In this document: in pieces, positions 25,136 through 37,894 of the stretch
Layout: each line of letters opens with the position of its first letter
Numbering within the stretch: position 1 is the stretch's first letter
Source of the DNA: Phoronis australis
Taxonomy: Eukaryota; Animalia; Phoronida
DNA length: 64,000 bases
Assembly: GCA_002633005.1 (NCBI GenBank)
Contig: NMRA01000474.1
Coordinates: 248,001 to 312,000, forward strand
Direction of reading: 5' to 3'
Notes under the pieces: generated by a model
Databases searched by the model: none
The model's input: only the letters and a program-made list of their open reading frames with translations
Told to the model about the DNA's origin: nothing
Made by a program: the position numbers and the translations under genes

Positions 25136-26754
25136 AGTGATACCAAACCAGTTTTGGCTAATTAACATACACTAAAGGCGACATTCTGTTCTTTGAAAAA
25201 ATAATGGGCTGTAACCTCACAAAACTTTGGAGGAAATTTGAAAACCCTTTTCAAAGTCTGCTTATAACGGCTAGCGTAACCTCCGCTTTTAGCGAATTAC
25301 ATGGCGACCTTAGGGAAAAAAACACCGACCAAGGAAAATGATGTCAAATATGTGACATAGAGAGTATGAGATCATACTTGGAAATCTGGCGCTAATTTTG
25401 CACGAGCGGTTAACAAATCGAGAATGTGTACCCTTTTAGAAATGGAGAATATTCCCTGTCCCGCCATGTGCCAACACTGACTGACCGAATCAAGAAGTCT
25501 CTCTGTGGGAGTCTCTCTTTCAAGTAAATTGGACTTCGATTTAGTCGGTAAACTTTTAACTGATTTTTTTTAATAGAACTATACAAACAAACATCATCAG
25601 TGAATCGTTATTTTGTGGAAATGAACTGTCGGAATAAAAGTTATTAAAAGTTATATTATTTATATATATCTGTTAATATTTTTGTTTTTATTCTACATTA
25701 ACATGTACGGCACTTGCTTGACTGCACCTAGTCTAAATGGGGAATGCCTGTGTAATGGGTTATTGTGAAATAATGTGTCAGGCTGCCCTGTGTTGTGTAC
25801 CACCGGGGCCCCAATTTTCTGTCGACGGCACTAAAATAGGGTGTGAGAATGAGGATGGAGGTGGTGGCAATTGGAATGGGAGGGCAACAAACATTTTTGC
25901 AAAGTCGACACTCATCTCTATGTAACACCCAGCTGGCCCGTAGCAACGCTGCTTAACATATCAAATCTACTGTACCTGGTACTATAATGGCATGACCTTA
26001 TAAATATCCGATTTTGGCTAAATTAGGAACATAATATCTGAGATCGTAGATTGGATTCATGAGAGACTTTCAGATATCATGCTTCGTTTACTGATCTCTA
26101 AAATGGTGTTAGCAGTTAATTTCAAAAAGCTCCATTTTCGCATGAGGGAATACTAAAAAGAAGGAGAAAATAAAGTTGCATAACGCCACAAAATCAAGGA
26201 TCTGTTAGAAAAGTTTAACAACGCTTTTGACATATCACTTTGAAATCCATAATCAAATAAAATTTGATGATTTTATTGTCACGTGACAAATAATAACAGA
26301 AGCATGTAGGTAAAAAGTCAAATTTTACAGGTCTTTAACTTCACTTAAGGAGTTGTATTCTACTGCTCTGTACATTTTTGTCTAAATATGCAGACCTCTT
26401 CATGCGGTCTCACAAACTTTTAAAGTCAACCGTTCATATCAAGAGACGAAAAACGCAATCCCGTCAGTCGATCTGCTTTCAAATTAGAACACTCGCAAAC
26501 ACTATCTAGCTGTTGTTTCGCTGATTTCTGACACATACAAGTGCATGTATTACGTAACATCGGAGTAACCAATTACAGCACCTGTGTTTAATGTGTAAAG
26601 TAGTCAGATATTGCTGCTCGGAACATCAGAAAAGCAGTGATATGGCACGAGTTTGTATACAAAACTTGTGTGTTGGTAGACAGCACGCATTTGCGCTGGG
26701 TACAGTGTACGTCTATATATCACCTCATGTCCGTGGAGCTAAGACACCTCCAAC

Positions 26755-28336
26755 TGAAATAAGCGCCAGATAAACTAAACAATGAGTAGTAAGTTAAACG
26801 TGTTTAATTCGCAGTCGACAATAAAACCAGACGGAACCGGAAAAGGTCGAACCAAACACAGTCGTACGAATAACAATGCAATGGCGTAATTGCCTCTCCT
26901 GTAACAGAAAATGAGGCAAACTTACATTAAGAACGGGTAGTTGAAAACAAAAATAGTAAACACAGAGCTAATAAGATTCACAGTTACTATGGAGTTAACA
27001 CAGTACAAAGTAAAATCAGTCATAAAGCCAATCGTCCGTTTGCCAATGAGGTTTGGTGGCGCTGCCGTTGCGATCTTCTCTGGGCCTCTGAATGATCAGG
27101 AAAGATGGGGGGTTCAACAGCAGGCGTTGTCGTAGAACCATTCTGGGGGGATACATCAGGGGGAGGAACGACGGTGGATGGCATAGCTGGGGTGACAAGT
27201 GGGCCACGTGAAGGTGGTAAAGCATCGTTGTACCATGGAGCTGGATCGCAAGACGAAGGCAACGATGAAAGGGATACGGGAACAGCAGAAGACGGTGGAA
27301 ACTCGTTGTCGTCATCGTGGTCACAAGGGGACTCTCGTGACAAAGGAATTTGATAGAAAGCACACGTAAGATCGGTCTTGATGATGAGCTTCCATTGAGC
27401 AATCTTCCGGAGCACGGAATCTAAGTCAGGCATGAGAGATGGTTGGGACTTGGCGTACAGGCCGACGTCTGAAAATGCTGTAACTAAACGAAAACTTCCT
27501 TGAGGTTTCTTGACTAGAAACGAAGGATTAAGATATTCTACTGTGATACCAACATCCTCTGGACGGGCGAATACTTCCAGTAGCTCCAGCTCGTTGAATG
27601 TTTGTTACAATTCCAGGAGCTTTTCCTTGGAGTATTGGGGGAGGCAACCTTTACTCTGTGGAGGTTGCTTAGGACCCATGTTGACAATGGCCTCGAACGG
27701 GCCTGCGGCGCCATTGTACACGGGGTATTGCGGATCAAATACGTGAGCTAATTTGCGATGCAGGGCCTGGAACCTGTAACGATCTGCAGCATGCAAAATA
27801 TTATCGGGATCAACGGCAACAAAGCGATGGAGATCCAAGCTAGTTTTGGGGGATGAGGTACATTGGGTGGCTGTCGGGGATCCAGATGGAACCTCCGAAT
27901 GAGTGAACACAGCGTGCACCTGGCAAAACTGATCATCTCATCGCAAAAATCATGGTTCGTCGGTGTTGTTGAGCAAGCGAATCTTGCCATTAGTAGGAGC
28001 AAGAATGGTGGGTTTTGGCCATAACTGGGAAACACCCGTGGAGCGGAGGCTAACGCTGTCGGAGCGAGGTTTGATGGCAAGATGTTCTTCAGGATCGGTG
28101 AAATCGGACGGTGCCTCCAACTCACCACGCCATATGGCAGTCATGTGAGGGGGAGCACGTAATACTTGGGACAGCCGTGATGTGGGTCGTGGGCATTGGT
28201 TTACGGGTTGGCCATGCGTGTATGTAGATCCGTCAGCCAACGTCATAACTGGGGTTGTTTCTAATACGTCTACGTCAAGGGACTTGATAACAAGACCGTC
28301 AAAAATGAAGGAATGTTTGTTACGCCAATCGAACAT
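26755..28336 (-). mobile_element. Degenerate Ty3/Gypsy LTR retrotransposon pol fragment with possible PPT and 3' LTR remnant
   Basis: Minus-strand frames give [49 protein letters not shown] and [31 protein letters not shown] (RT N-terminal motifs), with stops and frameshifts. These are fused to a Pro-rich RRSQRQR pol tail. A purine tract AGGAGAGG at 26893-26900 is followed by about 140 bp ending TTTCA. Confidence 0.8.
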
Positions 28337-29442
28337 CCTAGTTTACTATGCAATAGGCCTAACCAATCAGAAAAACAAGTCGAAGGTCATTGAGTGCAAA
28401 CTAAAATTTTGAGCTAGAGACTTCAAAATTACAACTGTTTAGTAAATGTGATTGAGTTTGAATTCTAAATTATGAGGTCATTTGGTGCACCCATGGGGTC
28501 ATTAGGTGCATTTTTCTTCTGAAAGTTTGACCAATTCATTCATGTTGTATTCTAAAGTGCTTAAAGTAAAACATCTGTGATTCTTAACATTAACCACACT
28601 TTTAATCCAGCTTACAATTATTCCTCATCCGTTCTCACAATGCACCGAAAGAGGTCAATTAGTGGAAAGGTCATCAAAATATTAACATGTTATTTTTCTT
28701 ACAGTTTTAGAGAATTCCTTTTCAAATTGGTTAACGGGTTGCTGTCAGTAACTTCCCATAACATATCGTTTAATACACGCGCGCAGAGTCCATTATTGTC
28801 ACGCCGTGACAATAATCTTTCTAGTTTTCCTCCTGTAAGGCACATTCCAACACTTAGAAAAATAAGAAAATAAATTAACGTAACAGTGTGTCTCAGTTGT
28901 TCAACCTAAATTTTCTTAGAAAGAAAATAACTGTAATTTTGAAATAAGCCCTTCAAATTCCCTTCCCAGAAGTTCCCACAAGTCCAAATTAGTTCTGCGT
29001 CACACTAGCCAGTAATTATGCAACCAAAATGTCAGCCTTGTTTACGCCACCCTTTTAGTTGATCTATAGCTGAAATTTTTGAACAGCAAAATGTTTACCA
29101 ACTTTCTTCTTTGAATTAGCCAGTTAACAAAACATCTATATATAAATAGAAGGAAACAGAAATTGTCTTAAATTCTAAATGATTGATATTTAGCTATTTC
29201 ATTACAGTTGGCAGGATATATACATGTACATGTAACGTGTTACATCGATAGTGAACCATAACTTGCAGTAGCGCTCGTACAGACAACAGTGCAAGTATGC
29301 GTGTTGTCAGAATAAGCCATTAATTTTCTAATGACACTTGTAACTGTATGGCGTGGATGGGAGCGAAGTAGACGCGAGTGCAACCTCTCTCCGCTCAACC
29401 GTGCAGTTTCGCATCCGCCACAGCCCGTTTCGTCAGAAACTG

Positions 29443-29449
29443 TATAAAT
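29443..29449 (+). promoter_or_regulatory. Candidate TATA box of the defensin-like gene
   Basis: TATAAAT about 500 bp upstream of the ATG. It is followed by candidate 5'UTR donors (gtaaga 29532, gtacgt 29635, gtaact 29649) and an acceptor at 29934. Confidence 0.4.
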
Positions 29450-29947
29450 CTACACCTCCTTCGACAGCAATTACGCCCCTGGACAACACTTCTTTATTTG
29501 CGCCCCCTCCTTCGATTGATTCCACACGATCGTAAGACTTAAGCAAGATAAGGAAGGGTGTTAGCATAATCTAATTCCGCTTCGTCAAACCTTTGCTCCT
29601 TGGCAACTCAATAAATAAACTAAAGCTAGGAAAGGTACGTATTTTCAGGTAACTACCCGTTGTTAAGTTACAGGCGTATTTCAAATCCACAATTCCTCAG
29701 TGGCAATTTTCAGTGACGTAGATGTTTGACTCTTTAACTGTACCTTGAAATCTAGGGGACACAGGGAGTGCACATTTGTTTCAATTTGCACTTCGCAATA
29801 CGGAAAGGTAGTTGCTTTATGGAGCAAAAGGAATTGCGAACACCTATTCACATTTTGTTTTATCTCATGTGCAGCGCTTGTTTCTCCTTTTATTTTCTTG
29901 TTTCTCAATAACTTGATCTGACATTGAATTTCAGAAAACTAGAAGTC

Positions 29948-32034
29948 ATGAAGTGCATCGCGGAACTCATTGTATTGGTACTGGCTGAGGGCTGCATCCA
30001 GGCGCAGCTGGTAGATAGCGAAGACGGAGGTGAGAACAAAAACTGTCAGTGCTCTGAGCCAAGTTTTGCAAGAATTTCGCAAGTAAAATTAAAGTGATCG
30101 CTGTCCTTGTAATGCCTGGCGATATCTCATGAAGTATTGCGTTTTCGCGAGTTTCTTTTGTCCGTCTGCAGAGTGCCAGTCTGGTCGAGCTTGTGACATG
30201 GATGAATAATTTGGTACCCCTTCAAATTTAAAACTGCATTTCGTCCTACAGTTTAGCTGACTAAAAGAAAATCGAATTTGGACTTATACTCTAATAAAAT
30301 CGGTCTCGGAATGTTTCTTACTGCGGTGACATTCTATTTCCGCTACCAACAAAATATCTGAACCACCCACTACTCAAAATGGTCTTAGAGATTTTTGGAT
30401 TTGACAACCTTGAAAATGCGCATTACAAAAACACGCATGTATGCATTGTTTGTGACTTGAGTTCCCAACTCAAGATCAGACGAGAATGCTCATGAGTCAT
30501 GTTTCAAAACCCCATGACGCTTCGGTTTAGAAGTCGACAATGACAGCTAAACAGCGGTGAAATGAACCTTTTAGCTTTCCCTTCCGTCTTTGTATAGTCT
30601 GCGTGATCCCATTTTGGAATCCAAGTAATGATCTTAAGAAAATTAATTTTCCTTTTCTATATATTACTTTATGAATAACTAAAATGATACCCACTAGTTC
30701 TTAAGCCACCGGGAGGTGGCGCTTCAAAACTGTATGATGACCAATCGGGTCAATTTGAGCCCACTTCCAGTAAGTTTATTTTCTCTGCTTTTGCTCATCA
30801 GCCAAACCGTTAAGAACGATGTTGGCAGACCTTCTGCGTAGCTCTGCATCTTATTTTGTCCCTCTTTGCTTATGCAGGGGAACTCGGAGGTTGTTTCCCA
30901 ATGAATGTTGACTCTGAAAAAAATAGCAGCCCCGACAATATTGTTGGTTCGCTACATATATTTATCCCAGGCTTCATTTCCGTCTGCTTTTTCTTCGAAA
31001 TCTACTAAGTGTTGGATTTAGTTCGGACAGGCGACTGGGCCCGTCTTTGGCAATGAAAGGTGTTCATTTTTGCATATAAATTCACAGGCCTCCTCGTTTT
31101 CCATTTTTACTGTGTTTTGACCCTAAGTGGCACCATGAGCTTCCTTGCAAAGTAATTGAATGTTGTCGCACCCTATCTGTGCTGTTGTCATAGCGTTCGC
31201 CCTATGACATGTCTCGACGACTGGTTGGTGATAAGCAACCCCAGAACTAATCTCCTCGCCGACGAGAGTTTGTTATGGACCTTTTGTTCGATCTAGGCTT
31301 CATTGTAAATGTAGATAAGTCTGAAATAAATGCCCACTTAAACTGTGTGTCATATCGTGATTCTGTTTCCATTCGACAAAGGTCTGCTTTTTCTATTCGA
31401 GACTAAGTAGCTTTTCTCAGAATTTCGGCTGCGTGCTTATTGCTGGCTCTCCTTACGACTCGACACCTTCTAGTCACGTTAGGGAGGATCACATCTTGCA
31501 CAGACCAGGTATTGAAAATGACTCCGAATCAAAATTTAGGTTGTTGATACACCTGGAGATTGGTTCTATCCACGTTTACCCTGAATTTAAACGTGATCCG
31601 GAAATTTCCATCGCTTCACGAACTGCACTGACGCTCTCAGTCGTTGATAATAATTGATAACATTCTGTTCTCTTCACACACTTCAGTTTATTCCCACGTA
31701 CTTTAATCTTTCCCTTACAGAACGCACCTCCTCTCCAGCATTTGTTATGTAACTACATGTGTTTCTGTGACTTTCTACATTATGCTCGTTTTATTTCAAT
31801 GTCGCAGCCCACCCCCCTCGCCTCCGAACCTCGAACGCGAGCTGAAGCTGCACACGTTTACTGTTAGAATTGTAAGAATGAAGTACGACTGAATTTTACA
31901 AAATATTCCGTTCTATTTCAGTTGCACAGCAAAGATTCTGCAGAATTTGTATTGGTACCAAGTGCATTGTAGATTGCAAGAGAATAGGCAATAACGGGGG
32001 ATTCTGCGGCAGTTCTGGTTGTACCTGTGGGTAG
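29948..32034 (+). CDS. CS-alpha-beta defensin-like secreted cysteine-rich prepropeptide, 64 aa, 2 coding exons
   Basis: Exon 29948-30029 (G|GTGAGA, phase 1) plus exon 31922-32034 (tttcag|TT) gives MKCIAELIVLVLAEGCIQAQLVDSEDGVAQQR-FCRICIGTKCIVDCKRIGNNGGFCGSSGCTCG*. This is a signal-like leader, an acidic propiece ending in R, and a C...CxxxC-x9(GGF)-C-x4-CxC pattern. Confidence 0.78.
31040..31620 (+). mobile_element. Highly decayed DIRS-type retrotransposon RT fragment inside the defensin-like intron
   Basis: CLDDWLVIS (equivalent to YLDDWL) and, after a frameshift, DLLFDLGFIVNVDKSEI (equivalent to LGFxVNxxKS). Both are typical DIRS/Ngaro RT motifs. Confidence 0.65.
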
Positions 32035-32940
32035 GTAAGTAAACAAAATGTACAAAACCACGTAAAATAAAATAATTGCCCTTGTTCCGCAACTAAGCCG
32101 CTTTGATCAGCACCCAGCATCAACAATTTTGACATTTTTTTATCCAAAAGCTTCACACACTAATGTAACAACATTAGCAATAGTCACCAATTTCTTAGTT
32201 GCGAGTGGTGTGTGGTTTTGGGTCGAAGCCAACTTCTCGAACCTCATGAGTGCAATCACTTCCTGTCGACCTGAGTACCACTGCATCATTGGATCGTTGG
32301 GGCGGGAGAAAAGCGTGCACCACTTTAACGCACAAAACGGTGACTTTCTGAAATATAAAAGTACATGCATTTTGTGTTACCGCATCAATTGTAAAAAAAA
32401 CACAAACTAGGGCCCATTATGCCTGTTTAACCTATCCATATCTCAGTCATACGACGGAAGGACAATGTAATATCCGATCTCAGAAATGTCCACGTCAGTT
32501 TGTGGGGTCAAGTTAATGAGTGATGACACTGCAATGTAACGCATACAATGATGAATAGATATGAAGTTTTTCTGAGTTCCTCGACCCAGTGGATCAATTC
32601 TGTAAATTCAGTCTCCTCTCACACTTGGACTCAGAATTTTCCTAAATCGTTCGCGTACTTGAGTGTCGTTCATGAGTCTCACGTGTAATCAACTTATTTT
32701 TTATGAGCTCCTTTTTATCATTGACAAACTTTAGAAATGTAACTAAACACTGAGCGTTTAGTTGAATGTAAATAAATACTGGCTTATTCCCAAATTTAAG
32801 GCGTTGTCTTAACAGTTCACTACGCATTGTTAATAATCACAGACACTCTAAAGTGTTTTAAAAGTCTGGTCTGTACTCCACCTGTTGGTCACGTCATGTG
32901 ATATATTGGACATAATTCCAAAACAATTTCTGCCCCCTAC

Positions 32941-33144
32941 CGGGTCTCGAACGAGCTCCCCCCATTTGTCGAAGTCGGCAAAAAGGTCCACCTCAGAGAA
33001 AGAAAAAGACCAAGGGAATGAGACAAAAGTCCACTAAAAAGGCACAAGCGCGCAATTCACAACTGTGGACGTGGTGCACCATTTTTTAGTCTTTTGGATT
33101 TTTTTTGTCTGTAAGACGTCCAGAAAGTCGGAAATTCGAGCCCG
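32941..33144. mobile_element. Short MITE-like element
   Basis: Imperfect termini cgggtctcgaa ... ttcgagcccg; no TSD seen. Confidence 0.35.
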
Positions 33145-34748
33145 CCATATTAAAGGCTGGGTGCGCACATGTTGTGTATTTTGTTAAAATTTCAGTTCTA
33201 GTGGTCTGTCTTTACGCGGCACAACCTAACAAGGATAGTTCTTTATTAGTGAAAATATAAATTTCGCAAGTTCACGATCATTCCACATCAGCTGAGCAAC
33301 ACAAGTACATGTATACCCAAACAGTGGCACGTGCCCGGAGGTGCAAATATAGTATCCAGTCCGATCTATCATCTAATAGTTGCCATGGCAAATGAGGCAA
33401 GAAAGAGAAAACTACTCATTTATAATGTAAAAACAGATACCAAGTGAAACAACAATTTTCAAGTTACAGTTAGTAATGTCCTTTTGCTTTGTTGATGGAA
33501 AAAGCAATCAAACTGTTCAAAATAAATTTCAACAAATAATGTTTTTGATGAAGTTTAAAAAAAAACATTGCTAAAAGAATGCCACATTAGTCAAATAGTG
33601 CTTCATAGTAAAGAGAAAGGTTAAGTGTTGGAAAAAGAAAAATTCTCTGAGTAAAGATCGACGCAAATACACAAAATATTTAGGTGCCTGACCCTTTTTG
33701 GATTTTTTATGCAACTGGGCACAAGCGACTTCGCAACATTTATGGAATTACTTTGTAGTAAGTTACAAAATATGTGATTTTGCTATGCTGTTCGTATTGG
33801 GTCATGTCGACACTGTTACTGGAAATATACTCTTTGAGCTAAAACTACATGTACAACTCTGACTTGTATCAAGGAGTGTTGTATTACACTCCTTTCCTGA
33901 AAATGCATCACTCTAATTATGTGTCCATCTGCACTAAACACAAGTGTCTTTCATTTTGTGCTCGGGTATATCTCTACTATAATTCCATACATGTAATTAC
34001 TGTTTTAAACTTCATTTTCATGCAAATGGTAGGCCAACGACATTGGTGACATTTACACAGTTAAGTAAATGTACTGACAACCAAGGAAAAATAAAAAAAA
34101 ACTGTCAAAGCAACTTCCATTTGTTTCTTTATTGCTGCATTTCTCGCACCTATGGGTGTACATGTAGATGGCTGCAAGTTTGGGTTTTTATCACGTTCAA
34201 AACGAGATTTTAGCATAGAATAGCCTCGCTGAGTGGACAACTGAACATTGACTGCTTGGGTAAGCGTTGGTATCAGATTCGCCAACAGACATGAATGAGT
34301 TTTTGGGGATGTATCTTGTGTGGAAAATTTTTGGACTGTTCACGATGTACCGAGTGTCTAACGAGCTAAGTGCGCACCAATCTGCAGCGTACAAAGAAAT
34401 ATCATTTTTGGGCGATTGTGACACAAAACTCTCACGACTTTGAGAACTTCAAATTACTAACATTTGTCACCTACAAATTGTTCTCAATAATCTTCCTAAA
34501 CCCATTCAGAAGTGGTGTTGTTATATTGAAAGAATTGGAAGATCGTTATTGCTTTAAACCAAGTTTAAGTGTTTTCAAGTTGTCTTGTTAAGACGAGGTT
34601 ATTTAAGCACCGTGCTCGAAAGAACTGCCAATCTAATTAAACCCAGCATTCACTTCTCGTCTGAGTAAGGAACAAGTTTAGGTCAAAGGTCGTACACCAA
34701 TTATGGGATCAACCAAATCTTAATTTCTTTGCCGGAATGTGGTTTACA

Positions 34749-37700
34749 TAGTCGGTGGGCCAGATTTTGTAGGGCCTCTAGAAAATGGTTTTTGTGAGTA
34801 CTTTAGGGGGGCAATTTTATTTTGGTGTTTTTTAATTCATTTATTAGAGTGTTTTTAAAATCTAAAAAGTTCCCACATATAATGTTGCATATTTTTGAGA
34901 AATTTGAGTTTGAAGTTACATAATAATCACCAAAGAGCTTAGTAAACTTATATTTGTAAAAACAACAGTTTTGGTGATTTTTTTGTAAAACAAGGAATAT
35001 GGTCCCATCAGTGCCATTGTATTGAACAATATTAAACTCACATTACACGTTTTACTATTGTAAATTAATTGTAAAAAGTGAAATTTAAAAAACGTAAAGA
35101 GACTCCTAGTGGCAAAAAATCAAACTAAGTCTGATTGTTACTAGGAAGTTATTCTGGCATTGTCAGGCAATAAAAATAACACAAAACACTTGAGACTGGG
35201 CAAAATTTGTGCCTCAATGACTAAAACATTGACTAATGGTGTAAAATACAGCTTGTTTGCATAATACACCAGAAATATGTTATAGTACAAAAACAATATA
35301 GTTGAATGATCTCTGTGAATGTGCACAAAGACTGTATGAAAATCAGATTATTCTGACAGCGTTTATCAAGCAGTATGAGACAAATACATGACAATGATCA
35401 AAGTATGTACTTTCTATGACTTACTCAACAAATAAAATTAACTATTTAATACAAAAAGGAAATAACGGGGTAAGGTTGGAGGTCTATTAAGGGTTACTTG
35501 TCAAAGAACTATCCAATGTTATGCAGTCAGTGTTGCTGATGTTACTACAGTTGTCACAGCTGCACATTTCTGTACAGTTTGACCCAGCATTGCAGCGCAA
35601 ACTCAGTTTCCCAGCACACATGTTCTTTTTGCACTTGCAGCGTACTGTCAATGGAGATGCGGTCATTGCTATACATATTAACTGCAAAGCTCCACCGCCA
35701 AGGGGCCAACTATGGTCGATTAGAGAGGGTACAACACTGCACACTGGATTAGCCCGCAGGCAATGAAGGGTCAAACACTAAGTCCTTGTTTGGAGGCGGG
35801 CACTATTTGGGCAAACGTTTGATTCAAAATATGTTATAATGGGCTGTGTTAATTAGAGTCAGCCTGAGCAAGTGAATAGTTGAACACTAGCCTCAATTCA
35901 ATTTCGTATCTCTTAGTCGGGCACAAACTACAACACTGAATAGCTTCAACAATATTTCTTAAGATTGCCTGTCCAAATAACTTCATGCACACCAGCTTTC
36001 TGAAGAACAGCTGTCTTGCTTTAGTTTTGAAAGGCAAATGACATCTCCTTGTGTTAGAAGCTTCGATTCAATGAACTCCAAACAAAACTGTAGAAAAACA
36101 TCTCTGAAAACTGTGAATTCGTCACTCTTCACAATCGTTGTCTTTCTATTTTTTACAGCATGATGATCTGTGGTACTTGGCTTCTAAGACACAAGGTCTT
36201 TATCTTTGAATTTCATTTGCATATTCAGGGCTCTGGACTGAGCTGTTGCTTTCGATACAAGTCCAACTGAAAAAAACCCGAACTGTTAACACTAATTTAA
36301 CATTCAACTATGAGTGAGTTGGCATGCAACTTTTTCAGACGGACTTATCAGGAACTGATCCACCACCAGCCTAACAAATTTACATGCCGTCTGATCTGTC
36401 GCCTAATAATGTTGATCGTCTAATAATTAGATCAGTTGATGCAACTGAAAAGAAATCAGCTGATATACCAGTGCAGTGATTGAAATTGAATTTTTTTAAA
36501 TCAGATGCTCAAACCATAGTCAATCAATTTACACTTAAGGTAATCGACGTTTGACGAAATGGACAGTGGCTTCCATCGTCCTCAAATTTTGACGGTGACG
36601 ATGGCCACTTAGGCACTTTAATTTAATTATCATTGCAGCTACCTAAGTAATTAATGTTTACAAAAAATCGAGACTACGGCAGGGGATGACGGCCACTTGG
36701 GTATGTTGTTTGCAACCATCTACTCCATTTAACATTCTCAAAAATTTTTGACTTAAAGTGCTTTAAAATCACACCCACAGTATAACGCCATAGGATTATC
36801 CCTTAGCGCAAGCAGTGTCGATGTGGCAACTGAATGGAGTGTTCGAAAAACAGGATTGCAGGAGTATTTGTTTAAGCTGGGAACAAATGAAAACATTAAC
36901 AACCTCCTCAGAGGCATCTCACTACGCGGTACTTCTAAACTTATAGGAACATAACTTGCCGAAAAGTATCCGGCATATGGAGTACCTATGGAATGATCAT
37001 CGTCTCTACTGGGTCAGCAGTATTGTCTAAGGCCTAGGCAGCCAAGGGGCTGAACAAGTTAAAAAACAACTGGTGATAATACTGAAACACACATGGAAAA
37101 CACCAAGATGTATTTTTAAAAAACACGTACCTGTTTTTGAAAGCTATACTTCTTTCTCTTTCTTGAAATGTGGCCCATAATGTACTTTTCCTGCTAACAA
37201 ATGATGCACTCATGTTTCAGAATGTTCCTATCTTGTTCAGGTTAATTGGGTGTTTCAGATTTTGGAAGTAATTGATTTTCTTGGGAAATCTTGGATAACA
37301 TCTGTATCACTTTCAGCAACTTCAGCTTTAGTACTACTGTTGGTGCCTTGAAACGTTGCTATGCCGTTCTATGTCCTTTCAATTTTCTGGTCTGACACTT
37401 GGTATTCTAGTCTATAGCACTCAGCAGTATACTGTGTAGGCTACCAGGGCATGCAGCTGTTTTCTGCACAAACGTTTGTGACACCTCTTCTTCTTTTTGA
37501 TCTACTGATCTACAGAATTCCACAGTCAATCCGCTTTCGTCAGGAAGCTTTCCTAAGCTTCTTTAGGCTCTGACATCACAATTTTGTGCTGTTTGATAAA
37601 CCTTGAATTATACAGGCATCACACTCCATGGGAGCAGCCATAATGAAGTAACTAAGCACAATACTATCTGGCTCTCTGATTGGTCAATTCAATAGAAAAG

Positions 37701-37894
37701 CACCATCAAGTGGCAGGAATGTGCACAAATTTTGTGCAACAAAAACACCTTTTTTAAAATAATGTGCAAGTGTAGACGTGGGAACTTTTTGGAATTTGGT
37801 TAATAGGTATATTATCTAGCCACATAGAAAAAACTAGGTTGCCCCCCGAAAGTACTCACAAGGATGAACGCTATGAGATCTGGCCCACCGACTA
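34749..37894 (-). mobile_element. Academ-type DNA transposon, degenerate and internally deleted
   Basis: Perfect 17-bp TIRs TAGTCGGTGGGCCAGAT / ATCTGGCCCACCGACTA with a 3-bp TSD ACA, plus subterminal inverted repeats tgtgagtactttaggggggcaa / ttgccccccgaaagtactcaca. The minus-strand remnant LHCLRAN...RCKCKKNMC...CTEMCSCDNCSN matches the Cys-rich C-terminus of AcademX transposases. Confidence 0.8.

Noticed and set aside
25737-25925. Cys-rich ORF (CVMGYCEIMC) as a second defensin
   Set aside because: Lacks the GxC and CxC half of the motif, has an in-frame stop directly before the ATG, and no leader exon was found.
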